The notes: generated from the sequence alone by a model not told the origin. A DNA stretch of 64,000 nucleotides from Mizuhopecten yessoensis (GCF_002113885.1 NW_018485984.1:1398919-1462918); one strand, 5' to 3'; shown: positions 37,872 to 51,369, counted from the stretch's first letter. Made by a program: numbers and translations.

Positions 37872-38061
37872 TATTCCGTCCTTGCGTATTGCAGAGTTAT
37901 CTTCTCTATGGAGCAGGTATTGATTGTTACGTCACTTGTTTGTGAGAGTAACGTCATAAATTTTTGAGAAAACGACGTAATTTTCTCACACAAACCAATG
38001 ACGTAACAATCAATACCTGCTCCCAAGAGAAGATAACCCTGCAATACGCAAAGATGGAATA
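37872..38061. mobile_element. Palindromic MITE (~190 bp, ~75-bp TIRs, TA at both ends), copy 1
   Basis: Left arm TATTCCGTCCTTGCGTATTGCAGAGTTATCTTCTCT...GAGCAGGTATTGATTGTTACGTCA is the reverse complement of right arm TGACGTAACAATCAATACCTGCTC...AGAAGATAACCCTGCAATACGCAAAGATGGAATA. A second copy lies 1.3 kb away. Confidence 0.9.
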
Positions 38062-39162
38062 GTTTTCTCTCCTAACAGATACCAATATACAATAAAAAAA
38101 AGTATGCAACACCTCTTTTTGAAAAATCCAGTGACCCTATCCTGCATGTTTACTTCTCGATGAATAAATTCGTCATGCTCTAAATGTTTACGAGATAATT
38201 TTTGTGTCCTCTTTGTGACACCTATACATTTAATTTAACACTTCATCTTTTAGCTTTACTCACTTAATACACTTGTAAATCATGTGTCCCTTTTTTCTTC
38301 CTTACGACATGCATAATGTGCAGTTGAAGTGGTTGATGTCAAGGACATTTCAGTTTGTGTACAAGGTAGATGTTTTAGATACATTACTTACCGAGGGAAT
38401 TTAATGTCATTTTAAATATTTCATATGCGCATGTGCTTGCCCTTAGTGTATGACAAATTTACGAGAAGTCACTAACAACAGCTCGACAATTTGTGGGTGT
38501 ACTCTTCAGCTCAAATGATCACCAATTCAGTTCTTTAAAGGGGATACCTCCTTCATTCTTTTTGCTTGTTTGTTTATACATCTAGTTTGTGTCACAAAAA
38601 TGTCGAACATGGAAATTAGATAGCGGTCCTACAAGAGCATAATACAAATGAAAGCATGCATTATTTGGATATGTGAATATGTGTGACCCATACAATAAAC
38701 ATGTATTTATCTCTGTAGCTATATTTGATGAATTGATACTGTAAATATGTTAAAAAAAACAAATAATATTTACGGTCTCTACAGTGAAAATCCTTTCATT
38801 GATAAAAGGGTGTTGACACTTAAAGCAATTGTGATATAATGTCTAAGAGAGTTGGCCATAGTTGCAATCTGGAATATACACAAGATAGGATGTGACGAGG
38901 CTACAAGTACGGGACACTCATTGACTTACCTACGTTCCCCATATCTGCTGAAGGAAAGGCAGAGGTGATTGTACATTTGCAGAGTACGGTCATTTAAGGA
39001 AACCGGTGGAGGTGTATTCTAGCTACGAGAGGAAGGCGAAACAGAAGATGTGTTTAGAAAAGAAAGTCCAAAACGAGGAATCCAATAGTTTTTCGTATAA
39101 TATAATTAACATGTGGCGTATGATCAGGTCAGCCTTTGCTGAATAGTTTTGGGCCAATATTT

Positions 39163-39353
39163 TAGTCCATCTTTGCGTATTGCAGAGTTTACTTTTCTTG
39201 TGAGCAGGTATTGATTGTTACGTCATTTGTTTGTGAGTGTACGTCATCAATTTTTGAGAAAACGACGTAATTTTCTCACACAAACCAATGACGTAACAAT
39301 CAATACCTGCTCACAAGAGAAGATAAAAATCTGTAATACGCAAAGACGGAAAA
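39163..39353. mobile_element. Palindromic MITE, copy 2 (same family and orientation as 37872-38061)
   Basis: Shares the identical block TTTTTGAGAAAACGACGTAATTTTCTCACACAAACCAATGACGTAACAATCAATACCTGCTC and the same TIR structure. Confidence 0.9.
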
Positions 39354-40128
39354 GTGTGTGTTGCACCGCAATATACAAACATACATTGAATATATGTCCA
39401 TATTGTCCGACAAAACGGCGGTGTGACCTAGGTAATCGTTCTTTCGATTAAGTTGTTGATTTAATTGAACAAGCTCTGCTTCGCCAGGAAGGCTATGATC
39501 GTGACATTGGCCTGCAACTTACCTGCTGTCCAATGATCAATGGTAGTTGACCATTGAAAAACGACGTTACATGGTAGACCATTTTTCGAGATGCTAAAGA
39601 GTCATTTTCTTTGTTATTTTTCAGCTAAGGATATGTTGTTTTCTTTTAAACTGGAAAGCTTATGTTGTATTTCTTAGACCAAAATTAGGGTTAATAAATC
39701 CATTTTAAAATTTAGAAATATCTTAAAAAATACGGACATCTTCTTTTTGGACATCTTTTAACATTTCAAATTTCGCCATCTTGTAGCAGACACGGACACC
39801 AGACTTTGGTTTTCTACACTCCCTTGTAATATATTAGTTTGTCACACACCAGATAATGTTGTTTTGTTAACAGTACAAAATGTACACAGGAGTCACATGT
39901 ATTTCTTAAATGTAAATACGGCAGACCACAATATCCGTGAAGGCTCATAAACAACATTTACATGCCACTTATATAACACTACTCAGCGGTCAACAGCCTA
40001 CCACCAGGTCAATCCATAATTCGCCCACAACTAAGGCGTGGCATTTTGTTTTTGGACGTGTAAACGTGTTAGTAGATTAAACAATCAATTTAAATTGAAT
40101 ATCATTAAGTGGTGCAGCTATGTTTTAA

Positions 40129-40211
40129 CCCTTTCACCCCTATGTAACTTTAGTAAACTCTACCATGCATTGATCTGGATGAATCTATTATGGTCTACAG
40201 TGGTGAAAGGG
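40129..40211. mobile_element. Tiny piggyBac-like MITE (83 bp)
   Basis: Reads TTAA|CCCTTTCACCCCT ... AGTGGTGAAAGGG|TGAA. It has 13-bp TIRs with one mismatch, CCC...GGG ends and a TTAA target site (right copy has one mismatch). Confidence 0.72.
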
Positions 40212-41029
40212 TGAATCAACCCAAACAAATATGTCAACAGTGCATCCGTTTGCAGCTTCTGTTACTTCGGTTACGTGTTTTAATAAGTAGACAGTTTGTC
40301 ATGTAAAATAACTTCAAACTTCAGGAGCGGACACGGATCAGTAAAGTTCTTTTTGGTATGTGAAGGAATGTTTTAAACGGATTGTTTCATATTCGTTATA
40401 GATGAAAATGATTTGATCGTGACCCTACATAAACACATGTTCAGACAGTTTTTTAAAGTGAGGGCATACCCGTAACTTTTGCAAACTTCATGTGATATTT
40501 AGCATTAAACTCGGTTTAATCAACACACACTTTTAAACTGTCTGTTCGGGTTATAACTTGTATATCACAATAAGTGAAATGTTACACACATCATTATGAA
40601 TACTTATTAACTACTGAACAACCGCGGTATGTAAATATTGACATGTGTTGACGTTACCTGTGTGTAGCAATTAAGTTTGACATGCTGTTGATATAAGTGT
40701 TAATCTCTGTGCCTGTGACGATAATTACACCGTATGAAATGACCTGTGTCTTAATGTAAATACACTATGAATTTAAAATAAAATCAATAGTTTATTTAAT
40801 ATTTTCGTTTAGTTGATATTTCGTGTGTTTAAAATTTCGTTGGGATTATATTTCGCAAATCCCCAACGAAATATTATGCTTTTACAGTAATAACGTGTCA
40901 ATTGTGACGAGATTATTAAGTGTATATGTATGTGATCAATATTATGAATGCTGATGATGCATTTCGCATTTCAATGTTTAAATTGATAATTAAAAAGGAT
41001 GTATGATTGTGTAAATTCAAATATGACAG

Positions 41030-41275
41030 AACGACATGGATCTGGGTCGAAGATAAAGTTTTGAAACACTTTCTCAACACAGACATTCAGGATGTTGAAG
41101 GTTACGTCATCATGATAAAGAGTATAACACAAAGAAGTAACATTGTCAAATATCAAAGCCATGCAATACTGTGGTGTTATGTTCACATTTCTACTAAATC
41201 TTCATTGATACTAAGCCACAAGAGACTATTTCCTGTCCGAGACATTCAAAGTTCAATTGACTTCTCAACAATTGC
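41030..41275 (-). pseudogene. Possible decayed PAN/apple-like Cys-patterned exon
   Basis: Joining two frames across TAG TAG and one frameshift gives NFECLGQEIVSCGLVSMKI**KCEH / TPQYCMALIFDNVTSLCYTLY...DPDPC. The spacing resembles PAN C-x3-C-x5-C-x-A-x2-F-x6-C. Judged by eye only. Confidence 0.25.
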
Positions 41276-42059
41276 ACGCAAATAACTCAAAATCATTTAA
41301 CAACAACCAGAAATGTGTACAGTTCCGCTCAACAATCCGCTGAAGATATCAACTTTTTGTAATAAAGCTTTCGGCGACATCATCAAGAAATCAGATAGCA
41401 CGGAGAATGTTACCGTCAAGTGTAAACAATATCGAACAAAACCAACAGGAAAATAAAATAAATGTGTTCAAGGACATTTATGCGATGCTGTTAGTATATG
41501 TGTTTTTAACGAAACACAAAAAGGATTTGTCTGGCTTGTTATTTGAAAATGGTCGTATAGTGTATAAGACGTATATCTAGACCAGTAACTTGTGAAGATC
41601 ACTAAAAGCATTTTCTCACAAAATCTCTGTAGGTTTCTTCATATCCGACTCATTGGATAAACTTGATTAGGGTAAACATTTTGATTACCAATTAGATATT
41701 TAGTTGGTCAATCCTCTAATTGTGACGTTAAGTAACTATACTTTGCGACGTCATCTTCTATCCTGACGTCATTATAAACTGGTGTCTTTATACATTTAAT
41801 ACATTGATATTTTACATTTTATTTGCCGTTTTTTTTTGTACCTGATACGTGAAGCTGACAATATTGTATTACAGACTGCCATTCTGTATGTATACGTTAT
41901 AGCTTAGTTAAAGTATCGGTCATCCCATAATGCTCTGCTATGATATAATCCAATGCATTTCCGCCTCCAGTACTAAAGAGTGGAAACAAATATTGACATA
42001 ATGTGATCATAATCGCTCGATCACTGACTGACGACGTGAAAAAACAATAAGACACGAAT

Positions 42060-43349
42060 TATTATTTTAACATATTTTATTCCATGAAACTTTGTACAGG
42101 AAACTCCCTTTTACAGCAGAACGGAAAGAGAGAAAGGCCCGTTTTGCTATAAAAGGGCGTTCCCTTTCGGGACATATTTCAATGGCTGGAAATTTTTGAC
42201 ATCTATAGAAATTAGAGAGATCAATTAGCATACACGTGCAGATATTTAAAACAAAGAGGTCAAAGGTAAAGAAAGGGTAGATTAAAGGTCAATCTAGCTG
42301 TGATAACAAAGATTTATTATTGTATTATTATCGTAGCCTTCACATATTGAAATTAATATTATACAATGTCTTTTATTGATAGTAAATGCTTAAATAAATC
42401 CATCGAAATTGAATTGTTATATTTTGTTCAAATTTCATATGTTTGAATATTTATCGCTGATAGTATATTTCAAAGAGGAACTATAATCACTCTACAGCTA
42501 CAGCACTTGATATGTGTTAAATTGTATATTTAATCAACTAATGTCATCTATGTCCTGAATTTATTTTGTAAATTTGATATTGAAATGTAAAGGCATAAAT
42601 CTGACGCAATGCTATCTCGTAACTTATACACTTGTCTGTGTATTGTTTTGGCTTGAAAATTAAGCTAAAATAAATACAGCTAAATTCTACTATACAAACA
42701 GATCTGTATACAGAATTAAATATCTGTCGCGCTCAATTTAACAGTACCGTTTCTTTTCTACATACCAAGTATTTTAATTTCAATCAGTTCATACATTTAA
42801 ATTTAAACTAATTCAACTGATATGTGTAAAATAAACTGATTAAACATTGATTCATATCATATCAAGCAAAATGGGTGACAACACCTATTGTTAAAGTTTG
42901 TTTAAGATTAAAAATAAAACTAAAATATCCAAACCCATTTAAGATACTTTTAGTTCTATTAATAAATGGTATTCGTGAAAGTAGTCCATTGGGAAAATAG
43001 AGAATAAAGTTGTCAATTTCTTTCTGTTTACAAACGCAATATGTCTGTATCAAACTTTGATACGTAGATGTAAATTAATACAAAATGCATCGTATTTAAA
43101 TGCAAAATAATTTACAAATTGTTTCATTAATGAAAGTGGTATGTAACAAAGAAAATATAAATTAAACAATGAATCGATTTTATTTGAACATAACTCCCAG
43201 CAAGAGTTTCCAAGAATATTAGTATGAAGGGATCAGCTAATTTCAAACACGGAATCAACAGAATACTATTTTTCTTTTTAAATGAAAATACATTCACATC
43301 TTTCACAAACATCCATATACATTTACGCCATGTATTCTCACACACTTTG

Positions 43350-43380
<31 letters not shown>

Positions 43381-44524
43381 ATGTACCATAACTTTGCAAA
43401 CGCTCAGAGAAATACAGAGAGAAAGGAAAACCTATGTTTAGCACAAGATTGTATTTGAAATAAGCAATCTCAAAGACAACGAGAAGACAGAACGTTGATA
43501 CATAGGTGGCGCTGCAGATTCAGATGACATATAAGTTGATCAAACTCTTGAAACTATTATAATGTGTACATGTTACTGAAATATATTACAATGTATAATC
43601 ATGATATGAGTGTATACTCGTGTTAGCAGGTATACGTGTATGAATGGGTTGGGACATGAGTTTTTCTTGATCGTCATATGACGTCAATCAAATCAGCAGC
43701 GTCACCATTTTTGACAAGGTATGAACAAGATAATACAATGATCCTACGAACAACACTGTTTTCACAAATTAAATATCACGTATTTATTTATTTACATATG
43801 AAATATTCTGTACCGATATCTAATATATATATGGCAAGAACGTATTTCAACATAGTTCTAAAACTAAAATCCCTGGCATAAAATTCGATGAGTCATTTCT
43901 AGAATTACACTGACTGACAAAACAGACTCAATTGCTGGACTCGGTGATTCATCTACTAGCATGCTACACCGATACCTTGCTAAACCGCAAGAGGTAACGA
44001 TTACACGACTTGTCCTAGATGTACATATAACTATGAAATGACATTCCCCGAGCTCTTTGAACACACATACACAGTAATGACGTCACTCATGTCTATTTCC
44101 GGTTTCTATGCCGGCTACGTAACTAGGGACCCTGCAAACATTCACTTATCAAAACGTCTGTCTAACTCAGCATTTCAAAAGCTTAACACCAAGACTTTTA
44201 CCAGTATGGTGATTGTTTTCAGTGTCTCTCATACTTTTTTTTTGTATACACAGTATACATGCTGATGTGTTCATGTATGTTGGACCATGTCTATGTTTTT
44301 CGTCTTTCGAACCTCATTTGGTAGCCTATCATTAGCACAACGCACCGCCAAAATAGCACAATGCCCAGTGACGTCACACGAGTATTACTTCTCTCCAGTC
44401 ACGTGGTACTCAAGCGGGTCCGGGTTGGAATACCCGACTCGATTACAAGAGTTCCAATGAGCACGATGTGAGACAACAGGATGAAGAAATATTTTAAATG
44501 AGATCTAGATGATCATAGTCACTG
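42060..44524 (-). other. Post2: Probable Post2 3' UTR (~2.4 kb) ending at a poly(A) site near 42060
   Basis: AATAAA on the minus strand at 42081-42076, followed about 20 nt later by a GT/T-rich tract (TCGTGTCTTATTGTTTTTT) and preceded by TGTA. More proximal AATAAA hexamers also exist (e.g. 43792-43783), so the end point is inferred. Confidence 0.45.
43351..43380. repeat. (TA)n microsatellite in the probable Post2 3' UTR
   Basis: Direct reading, one interruption. Confidence 0.9.
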
Positions 44525-44805
44525 TCACGCTTGTACAGAATGATGACCTTGACCTTGTGCTGCATGGTGATGGTCTTTAGGTTCTTGGTCGTCTCTCAGC
44601 CTCGCTTTGGCGCGTTCGTTCAATTTTTTCCTCTTCATTCGTCTATTTTGAAACCAAACTTTCACTTGTCTCTCTGTTAGTTGTAATTTACACGATATTT
44701 CCCATCGTTTTTGTCGTGTTATATATGAACTGTTCAAAAACTCATTTTCCAGCACCATAGACTGGTATCGGGTGTAGGGCTTCCTTTTCTTTCTGCCTTT
44801 TGCTT
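44525..44805 (-). CDS. Post2: Posterior Hox protein Post2, homeobox exon (homeodomain 44797-44618 plus His-rich C-terminal tail)
   Basis: Translation [64 protein letters not shown]. It has WFQNRR, the posterior-class N-arm (K3, K6, P7) and the lophotrochozoan Post2 signatures [21 protein letters not shown] and KKLNERAK. Acceptor tttttctttcatttgaatgtttcag|AA at 44806/44805; TGA stop ends at 44525. Confidence 0.97.
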
Positions 44806-46028
44806 CTGAAACATTCAAATGAAAGAAAAACATTTTAGAATAAACGATAATTTTCTAATCAAATTAAAAAGTCATTTTGTTTTGTGCTATCATTGTAATC
44901 ATGTTCTACGCCAATAAGGAGCAACTTCACCGTATATAGCATGCACACTTAATTTGAATAGGGATACTACTTATTTCTATGATCATTAAATATTCTGGAT
45001 ATAAAATGGACCAAGGGACTCTGATATTAATGTTTAATGAAATAAAATCATAAAGTTTTCATGATTTATTGATATTTTGTTAATCTACTGGTGAACTATG
45101 CTTGACTTCCCGAGAGGCTGTATTTCCACGTGTACACACATACCCCTCTAACACAGTCTACTGATCAAAGTAACCTCTGTTGTGTTACTCGCCGACACAG
45201 TCGACACAGGTGTTGGTAGCAAATGTGTGTGACTAAGCATGTGTGGGCTTCGCTATAGTGTACAACAGTTTGGTAGGAGGAAACAAAAACCAGATTGAAA
45301 AGTATTGATTTCTAATTCAACATAAGTAGCGCACAATGGTATCTGTTCGCATCAAACATATACTAGGTGTGTGTGTTTAAAGTACCTCCCTGCACGACAT
45401 GGCTAGTTAAATAAACAAGAAATACTACTCAAATAATTCTAAAGAAGAAAAAAATCACAAGATTTACGTTACGACCTTCATTTATCTGACAAGATTCAGT
45501 TAACAATACAATATATTTGCCGTTGATGTCACTGTAATACATAGTTAATATGATCTGTTACAAGCTACCACAATGGATGTATGTTTGCATGTTTCGCAGT
45601 AATGATGGACAGGCGCTGTGTCTAACGGTGCCGGGATCCACATCACTACTAGTAATTATTGCGGATGCGGAGAGCGGCTTGTGCATCGGTGCTACAGCCA
45701 ATTGTGTATCTACGGTATCACTGCTATTGTTTTTACTGTAATTCTTCGCCCCAATGCACAAGCCAATCAGGCGTGATACACCAACAGCATCATCATCGTA
45801 ATTGCACCTTTCAGACCTCAAAACACTAGAGAATCGAGCCCTGTGATCACTCGTACCTCGCAGAAGACACTTCCGGTTAATTTAGCGCAGGCAATGGTTT
45901 GGAGGTAAGGGGACCGGAGAGGAGGAGGGACTGCCTTAAGGTTGAATTATTTTGAGTAATTTGTTTTCTTAGATAATCAATCTGTACCGGTGTGTCTTAC
46001 GTGCCGTGGCATCATTCGTTCTACCTTG

Positions 46029-46039
46029 NNNNNNNNNNN
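46029..46039. other. Assembly gap (11 N); single Ns also at 23127 and 32775
   Basis: N characters in the sequence. Confidence 0.99.
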
Positions 46040-49000
46040 GTAGTTGTGTAAAGAAATGCACATTATAGGCATGGTGTTGAGAACAACTGTATGACAAAAA
46101 GTCGTTATCAATACCGATTACGGAATTCCCCGCATGTATTCGACATTTACGAGTAAATATGCTTTATACCAATGAAGACAGAACGCGTACCGTATACATC
46201 TGGTAGCCTCCCGTAATAAAGATAATGTAGGCAAGCATGCGCTGTATTTTGTTAAAGTACATCATGCAAACCTTTACCGTAAATTTTCTAAAGAATGTCC
46301 TTTATATCATTCTTTACTTCGATTTCCACCCAAACAAATCGGGGTTCTCTATTCATTACTACCTTTGATTTATTTTATCATTTCCCCTTGAATTTTCCGT
46401 CAAAATTCTATAATGCCAAAAACTGCAGAACAAAACAAAAAAAAATATAAAATTTTACAGTGAATTTTGTACCAAATTTATTTTATAGTAATTCAGTAGC
46501 CCTAATATCTTATCATTTATCAAAGGATTTACCAAGAAACAATCTTGCATACACTTTACTTATGTTATGCTAGCCTAAATACATAAAGACTACGACGAAA
46601 GTAATGTTTATAATACACATATCGATATAAGACCCGCCATGGTGGTCCATGGTAATTTCTATCACCCTTTGTTTTCAAGTGTATAGTGCGCAGATCTAGA
46701 TATATTCCGCTGACGTGTTTAATTTAAAGATGCCTGCTTAAATCATCCCGCCAGATTTCTATTTACGACTAGAGCAAGTCTCAGATGTTATCAATAGAAT
46801 TTGTTTCCATAATGTGTAACGTACGCCCCATTACTCTTAACATTTGCTAAACGTTCCTGTATCCCTACGCCCGCCATAACTCATGCTCACGAGATCTACC
46901 ACAAAGCCGAGTGCCGCAGACGCTTCACAATATTTACAAAACCAAAGCCCGTTTCAAGCACGGCGGGATCCCGATGCCTACGTCGACGGCTGTGCGATAA
47001 ACAAACGTTCGCGGCCATATCTCATAGCGTTGAGGGTATCTTCCCTATGGGTGACTGTATTTGTACGAAGCCAAGAGGATGTTACCACACATAAATAACT
47101 CCAGAGGCATAACGAACGACCGTTATGGCGGTAATGTCTCTCTAGGCCTTTCATCCGGAACCAGGTGGGTGGCTAAAACAGTATGGGTGGGTTAGTCGCG
47201 AAAAGGTAGTCCCGAAAGAATCCCCACCCGTTGGAATAAACTATGAGAGCAGGTGTTACACTTCCTAAGGAATGCAGCAGAACATTTGCGTTAAGAACAT
47301 CGAAAAGCCTGATTTAAGAAATGTGTAGGAGGGCAACCGGAGAAAAACTGGAATTTTCTTATCTTGTAAGAAACGGATGAATTTGAAAGCGTATTAGATA
47401 GCTATCGTGTAGAAATCTACGAAATTCGGTCAAATAAATCTATCCAGATAATTTTTTATGTACCTCTTTGGTTACTAACAAAACGTATAGCAGTCATATT
47501 TTTTTCCTCCGAAATTCGACGTCAATGTAGATATGATTGTGTGTAATGGACTGTGGCAGATATACGTAGTGACATACAATTACACACATCCATCGATTGT
47601 AAGATAGTACGTTATTGAAGCTATATCGCTTCTCCCACTTGATTTGATTTCATCAAGTGTACGTACATAGACAAGTCTCCTGTATACATACCGTGCAGTA
47701 CTGTGGTATCTAACATACATGTCGGAACGGGATACCATTATATAATGGAAGTATGATGTCCATTGGGTTTTCAGACAATTTCTAGGGACTTTGTTTCATT
47801 TATGTTTTTCATATTTTTTATTAAACCTGCTCACGTTACGATTGTAATGGTTACAATTTTAATTGAAAATAATTTGACATGTTGTATATGAAGAGATAGT
47901 GCTCCTTACTAAAAAAACAAAAACGTCGGGAAACAGGTAACACTGTGCAAAGTGACGATGATGTTTCTGCTCCCAATAGTTGACCTTTGGTTGCTTTCTG
48001 TAAAGTCGAAGGTAGCAGACAGTCTGTGTTCGAAAGTGTCTAAGACAATTTGTTTTCTATATATTTCTGAAGACACTGAGATAAGAGGTTGGTACACTAA
48101 CTTCGTATATCGATCAAAAAAAAAAAGATCGCGATACAGTCTCCAGGTTTGAACTCGGTGGTATGCCAAGAAAGAGCGTATTGTCTTACCTCAAAACTAT
48201 TTGATTAAATGAATATGTTTGTAAACACGTCTGAGGACGAAATTACATGAAGCCATTTCCCATTGATTTCTCGTACACTTGTGTGTGTGTGACTGCCAAT
48301 CCGATGACAATCTATGTGGTTTATAGATTCCGTAATACCGTTATATAGCATTTACCGATCTCCATCGCCATAACAGTGTCTGTAGCACAGGGCGCTTGAC
48401 CCGAACAGGAAGTACAGTAGAAAATTTACTACGAGAAACACACACGACACGTGAAGATTGTTTGTGGCTACACCAACGACTTTTGCTCGATTTATTCCAA
48501 TTTAGTATAGCTATTCAATTGATAAAAACTGACAGTATTCTAAACTACTTTTCATTCACCGCTCTTGAGAGAAATTGTTCATCACCATTTTTAAACAAAT
48601 AAAACCCAGTCGGATATAGCATCATCATGAACTGCTTTTTGCTAGCGCATTACGAACTGTTACCGGGCGAGGGAATTGTAGATCATGCTTACAGTAGGTG
48701 TATGGGTTTGATAGTTTAATCTTTATTGTCAATTTGACAAAATGTTAAGCGACAGTTTCCAGTATAGTACGGGGTCTTACGTTAGATTTATATATCCAAT
48801 ATATTTGCCAGAGTGTTATATATGGCGGGCAAATCTCGTCGACTCTGACTTGCGCGTCCGTAGTGTTTATAGACATCATGTGTTGGTAAACTTCGCCTGT
48901 TTTTTTTCCGGCTTAAGTTTCCAATGGCGTGTTTTAAACTACACGCCACGCCACAACACGAATTGCTTCGAGATAAGTTTTGAAACAAATACATTGGATT

Positions 49001-51369
49001 TGATGTATTTACTTACTAATGATATTCATTTCGGTAAGAGTACAGATTTTATTTCAGACTAGTGTTTATAATCTTATAAAGATATCCTTTTATATAATAT
49101 CAAATCACAATGAAATAAAATGTGTTTTTTACAGTTGCAATATATCAGATATCATGATAAAAGAAACTGCTAATCGTTCGATTCATGTATAGAACTATAT
49201 ACATCCTTGTCATTATTTCACTGAATCATATTTTGTTCCATAATTGTCAGAACCAATTCTTTTATTTTTTTGTAGTAGTGTTTTGATTTACTGACATTTT
49301 GACACAACACAGTTCCAATTACAGCGATATTGAACTCCGACATATAGCACACGGACGGCCGGGAGCGGTGCTTTTCTCTCTACTCGTAATGGTACTAAAA
49401 CGCAACAGTGCGTTTGCCCTCGGAACATAAAATCAACAAAGCCACAAGCAATAGCTACAATCGGTCCTGTAATTGCCAATACTGGACTGTATTTGTCATG
49501 TTTTAAAAACATTTTATAAAATATTGGGGAAAATTATAGTTTACTTTTAATGAATTGGATGAAACGGAAGGGAAATTAAACATGAAAGTCCCAGCGTGGT
49601 GCCGTAGACAATTGTTGTCGTTTTCAAAGTGTGTCGTTTTAATTTTATTTTGTCATTTCAATACTAATATTTGCGACTTTTAATGAAGAACGATTCGATA
49701 CAAGGGATAAATCGAACGTAGAATAGTGTTACAAGAACTAGTATTAAATTGTTTTACGTGCATTGGTTCATTTGCGTGATTGAAGCCGACTAACCTCTTC
49801 ATTTCATGTATAGAAGGATAACAACATTGATTTATTATTTATATCTATTTAAGATCAAACAAAAGATGTCCTAAAAAAGACCTACACATATTTCACATTT
49901 CACGTTTAATTGCTTTAATTACATGCACATGAAGGCGGATAAGTGGACCGTAAGTAAATAACTGTCATTGAGTATGTAACCCTTTAACAGGGGTCAGAAA
50001 TTAAAACCCTAGACGAATGCATCACGTTAACGACAGCAGACATTTACATTGGCAACCTGTTAGATATGCATAAACAAAACACATATGATGGATTTGCGTA
50101 CGGATAAATGAATAAAATTATACATTTATTGTTTAGCGTTATTTCCCAATTAATCTCTGGAGCGTTTCGCTCATGGGCATAGCGACTAAACGGGAATGGC
50201 GTTTCACCATGTAACCATATAACACTATTTTTCCATTGCTGTCGTGCATTTGGATTGCTGAGCCACGTTATTGATGGGTTTGACTACAAAAGATTTCATT
50301 AACGTGTTTCCTTTCCCGTTACGCTGTGTGTCTGTTTACGTAGATAAAGTTTATGTATAGCTTCTGTCAAGTTAGGGAGAGTTTTCAATTCTCAATAGGT
50401 CCCGTGGATGCTTGTATCGCATACAAAAATCGATTGTCTATAAAGCTGCCGAGCGACCAAGATGTAACTGATGGGTCCCAAACTTGGCACGTGATAGTGG
50501 TGCCAACATCTCATCGTTACTATATAAAAGGCTCAGAAATCCGACATTTCTATCAACTGTGAAACCCTAAATGGATAAAAGAGTATACTAAAACCAAGCT
50601 ATACGTATAGTTAATTCCAGTACATCTTATTTTCGGAAAGATATTTTTTCAAACGATATAAACTTTAATAACTAAATGATTGACCGTTAACGCGTGCATT
50701 TCACACGTCGTCAAATTGTGCATAAATTGACAACACAGAACTCTCTTGAACATTAAGCAATCGACACGTAGAAACATTTCGATTACTTTAAAAGAAGAAA
50801 TGTCTTATGTTGTTATTTATTCTCCCATCCCTGTTATGTTGATTGTCGTTGATTTGTAATAAAATATGACTCTCTTTTTTCTGCGTTAAGCATACTATAA
50901 AATGTGACAAATATCTTCTTTTTTATTTAATTTTTGTTGTTGGCAACACTTTTTAAAAGAAGGTAAAAAGATCTATTTTGAAAAGAGAAAAAAATATCTA
51001 GCTAAAAAGAGAAAAATGTCTTCAACAGTGACACTGAAAATTACGCCATAAGTGATCTAAAGATAGGGCTACTGGTGTAACGATGAAGGAAGTGTTGTCA
51101 GTCTATGGCGTGCTTGTTGTCTTGACTTTCGTCGTATCTATAATATTTCTATCACATGTAACCATTCCATTTGTTTTATCATCATTGCGTTTCGTCTTAT
51201 TGTTATCATTCCGCTGATTGCGTTTAACCCCTTTGAACACATTATAGGATATCAAGCAAACGAAAGTAAAAGCAATAAGATTGGCGTTTTAATGTTCCAA
51301 AACGTTCAATAAGCACTTTCAGTATTGTGAAAATCATTGGAAATCGCATCTAAAGAGATCTGGAAGTGT

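Noticed and set aside
39215-39451. 78-aa ORF as a transposase fragment
   Set aside because: It lies largely within a non-coding palindromic MITE and has no catalytic motifs.
43351-43796. Pumilio elements (TGTAHATA) in the Post2 3' UTR at 43796-43789 and 43358-43351
   Set aside because: Only two were seen, one inside a TA microsatellite, which is not above expectation for AT-rich sequence.
1-44000. Hox-cluster microRNAs (mir-10 family, mir-196, iab-4/iab-8) or a second Hox gene such as Lox2
   Set aside because: Visual search found only short partial matches (e.g. TTACCCTG at ~13921 and ~21247) without precursor hairpins, and no second homeobox appears in the ORF track. A computational scan is still advisable.
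44806-44833. ORF-track start MFFFHLNVS for the homeobox ORF
   Set aside because: This is the polypyrimidine tract and acceptor of the intron, not a real N-terminus. Likewise GLYIIVF at 62056-62078 is intron read-through.
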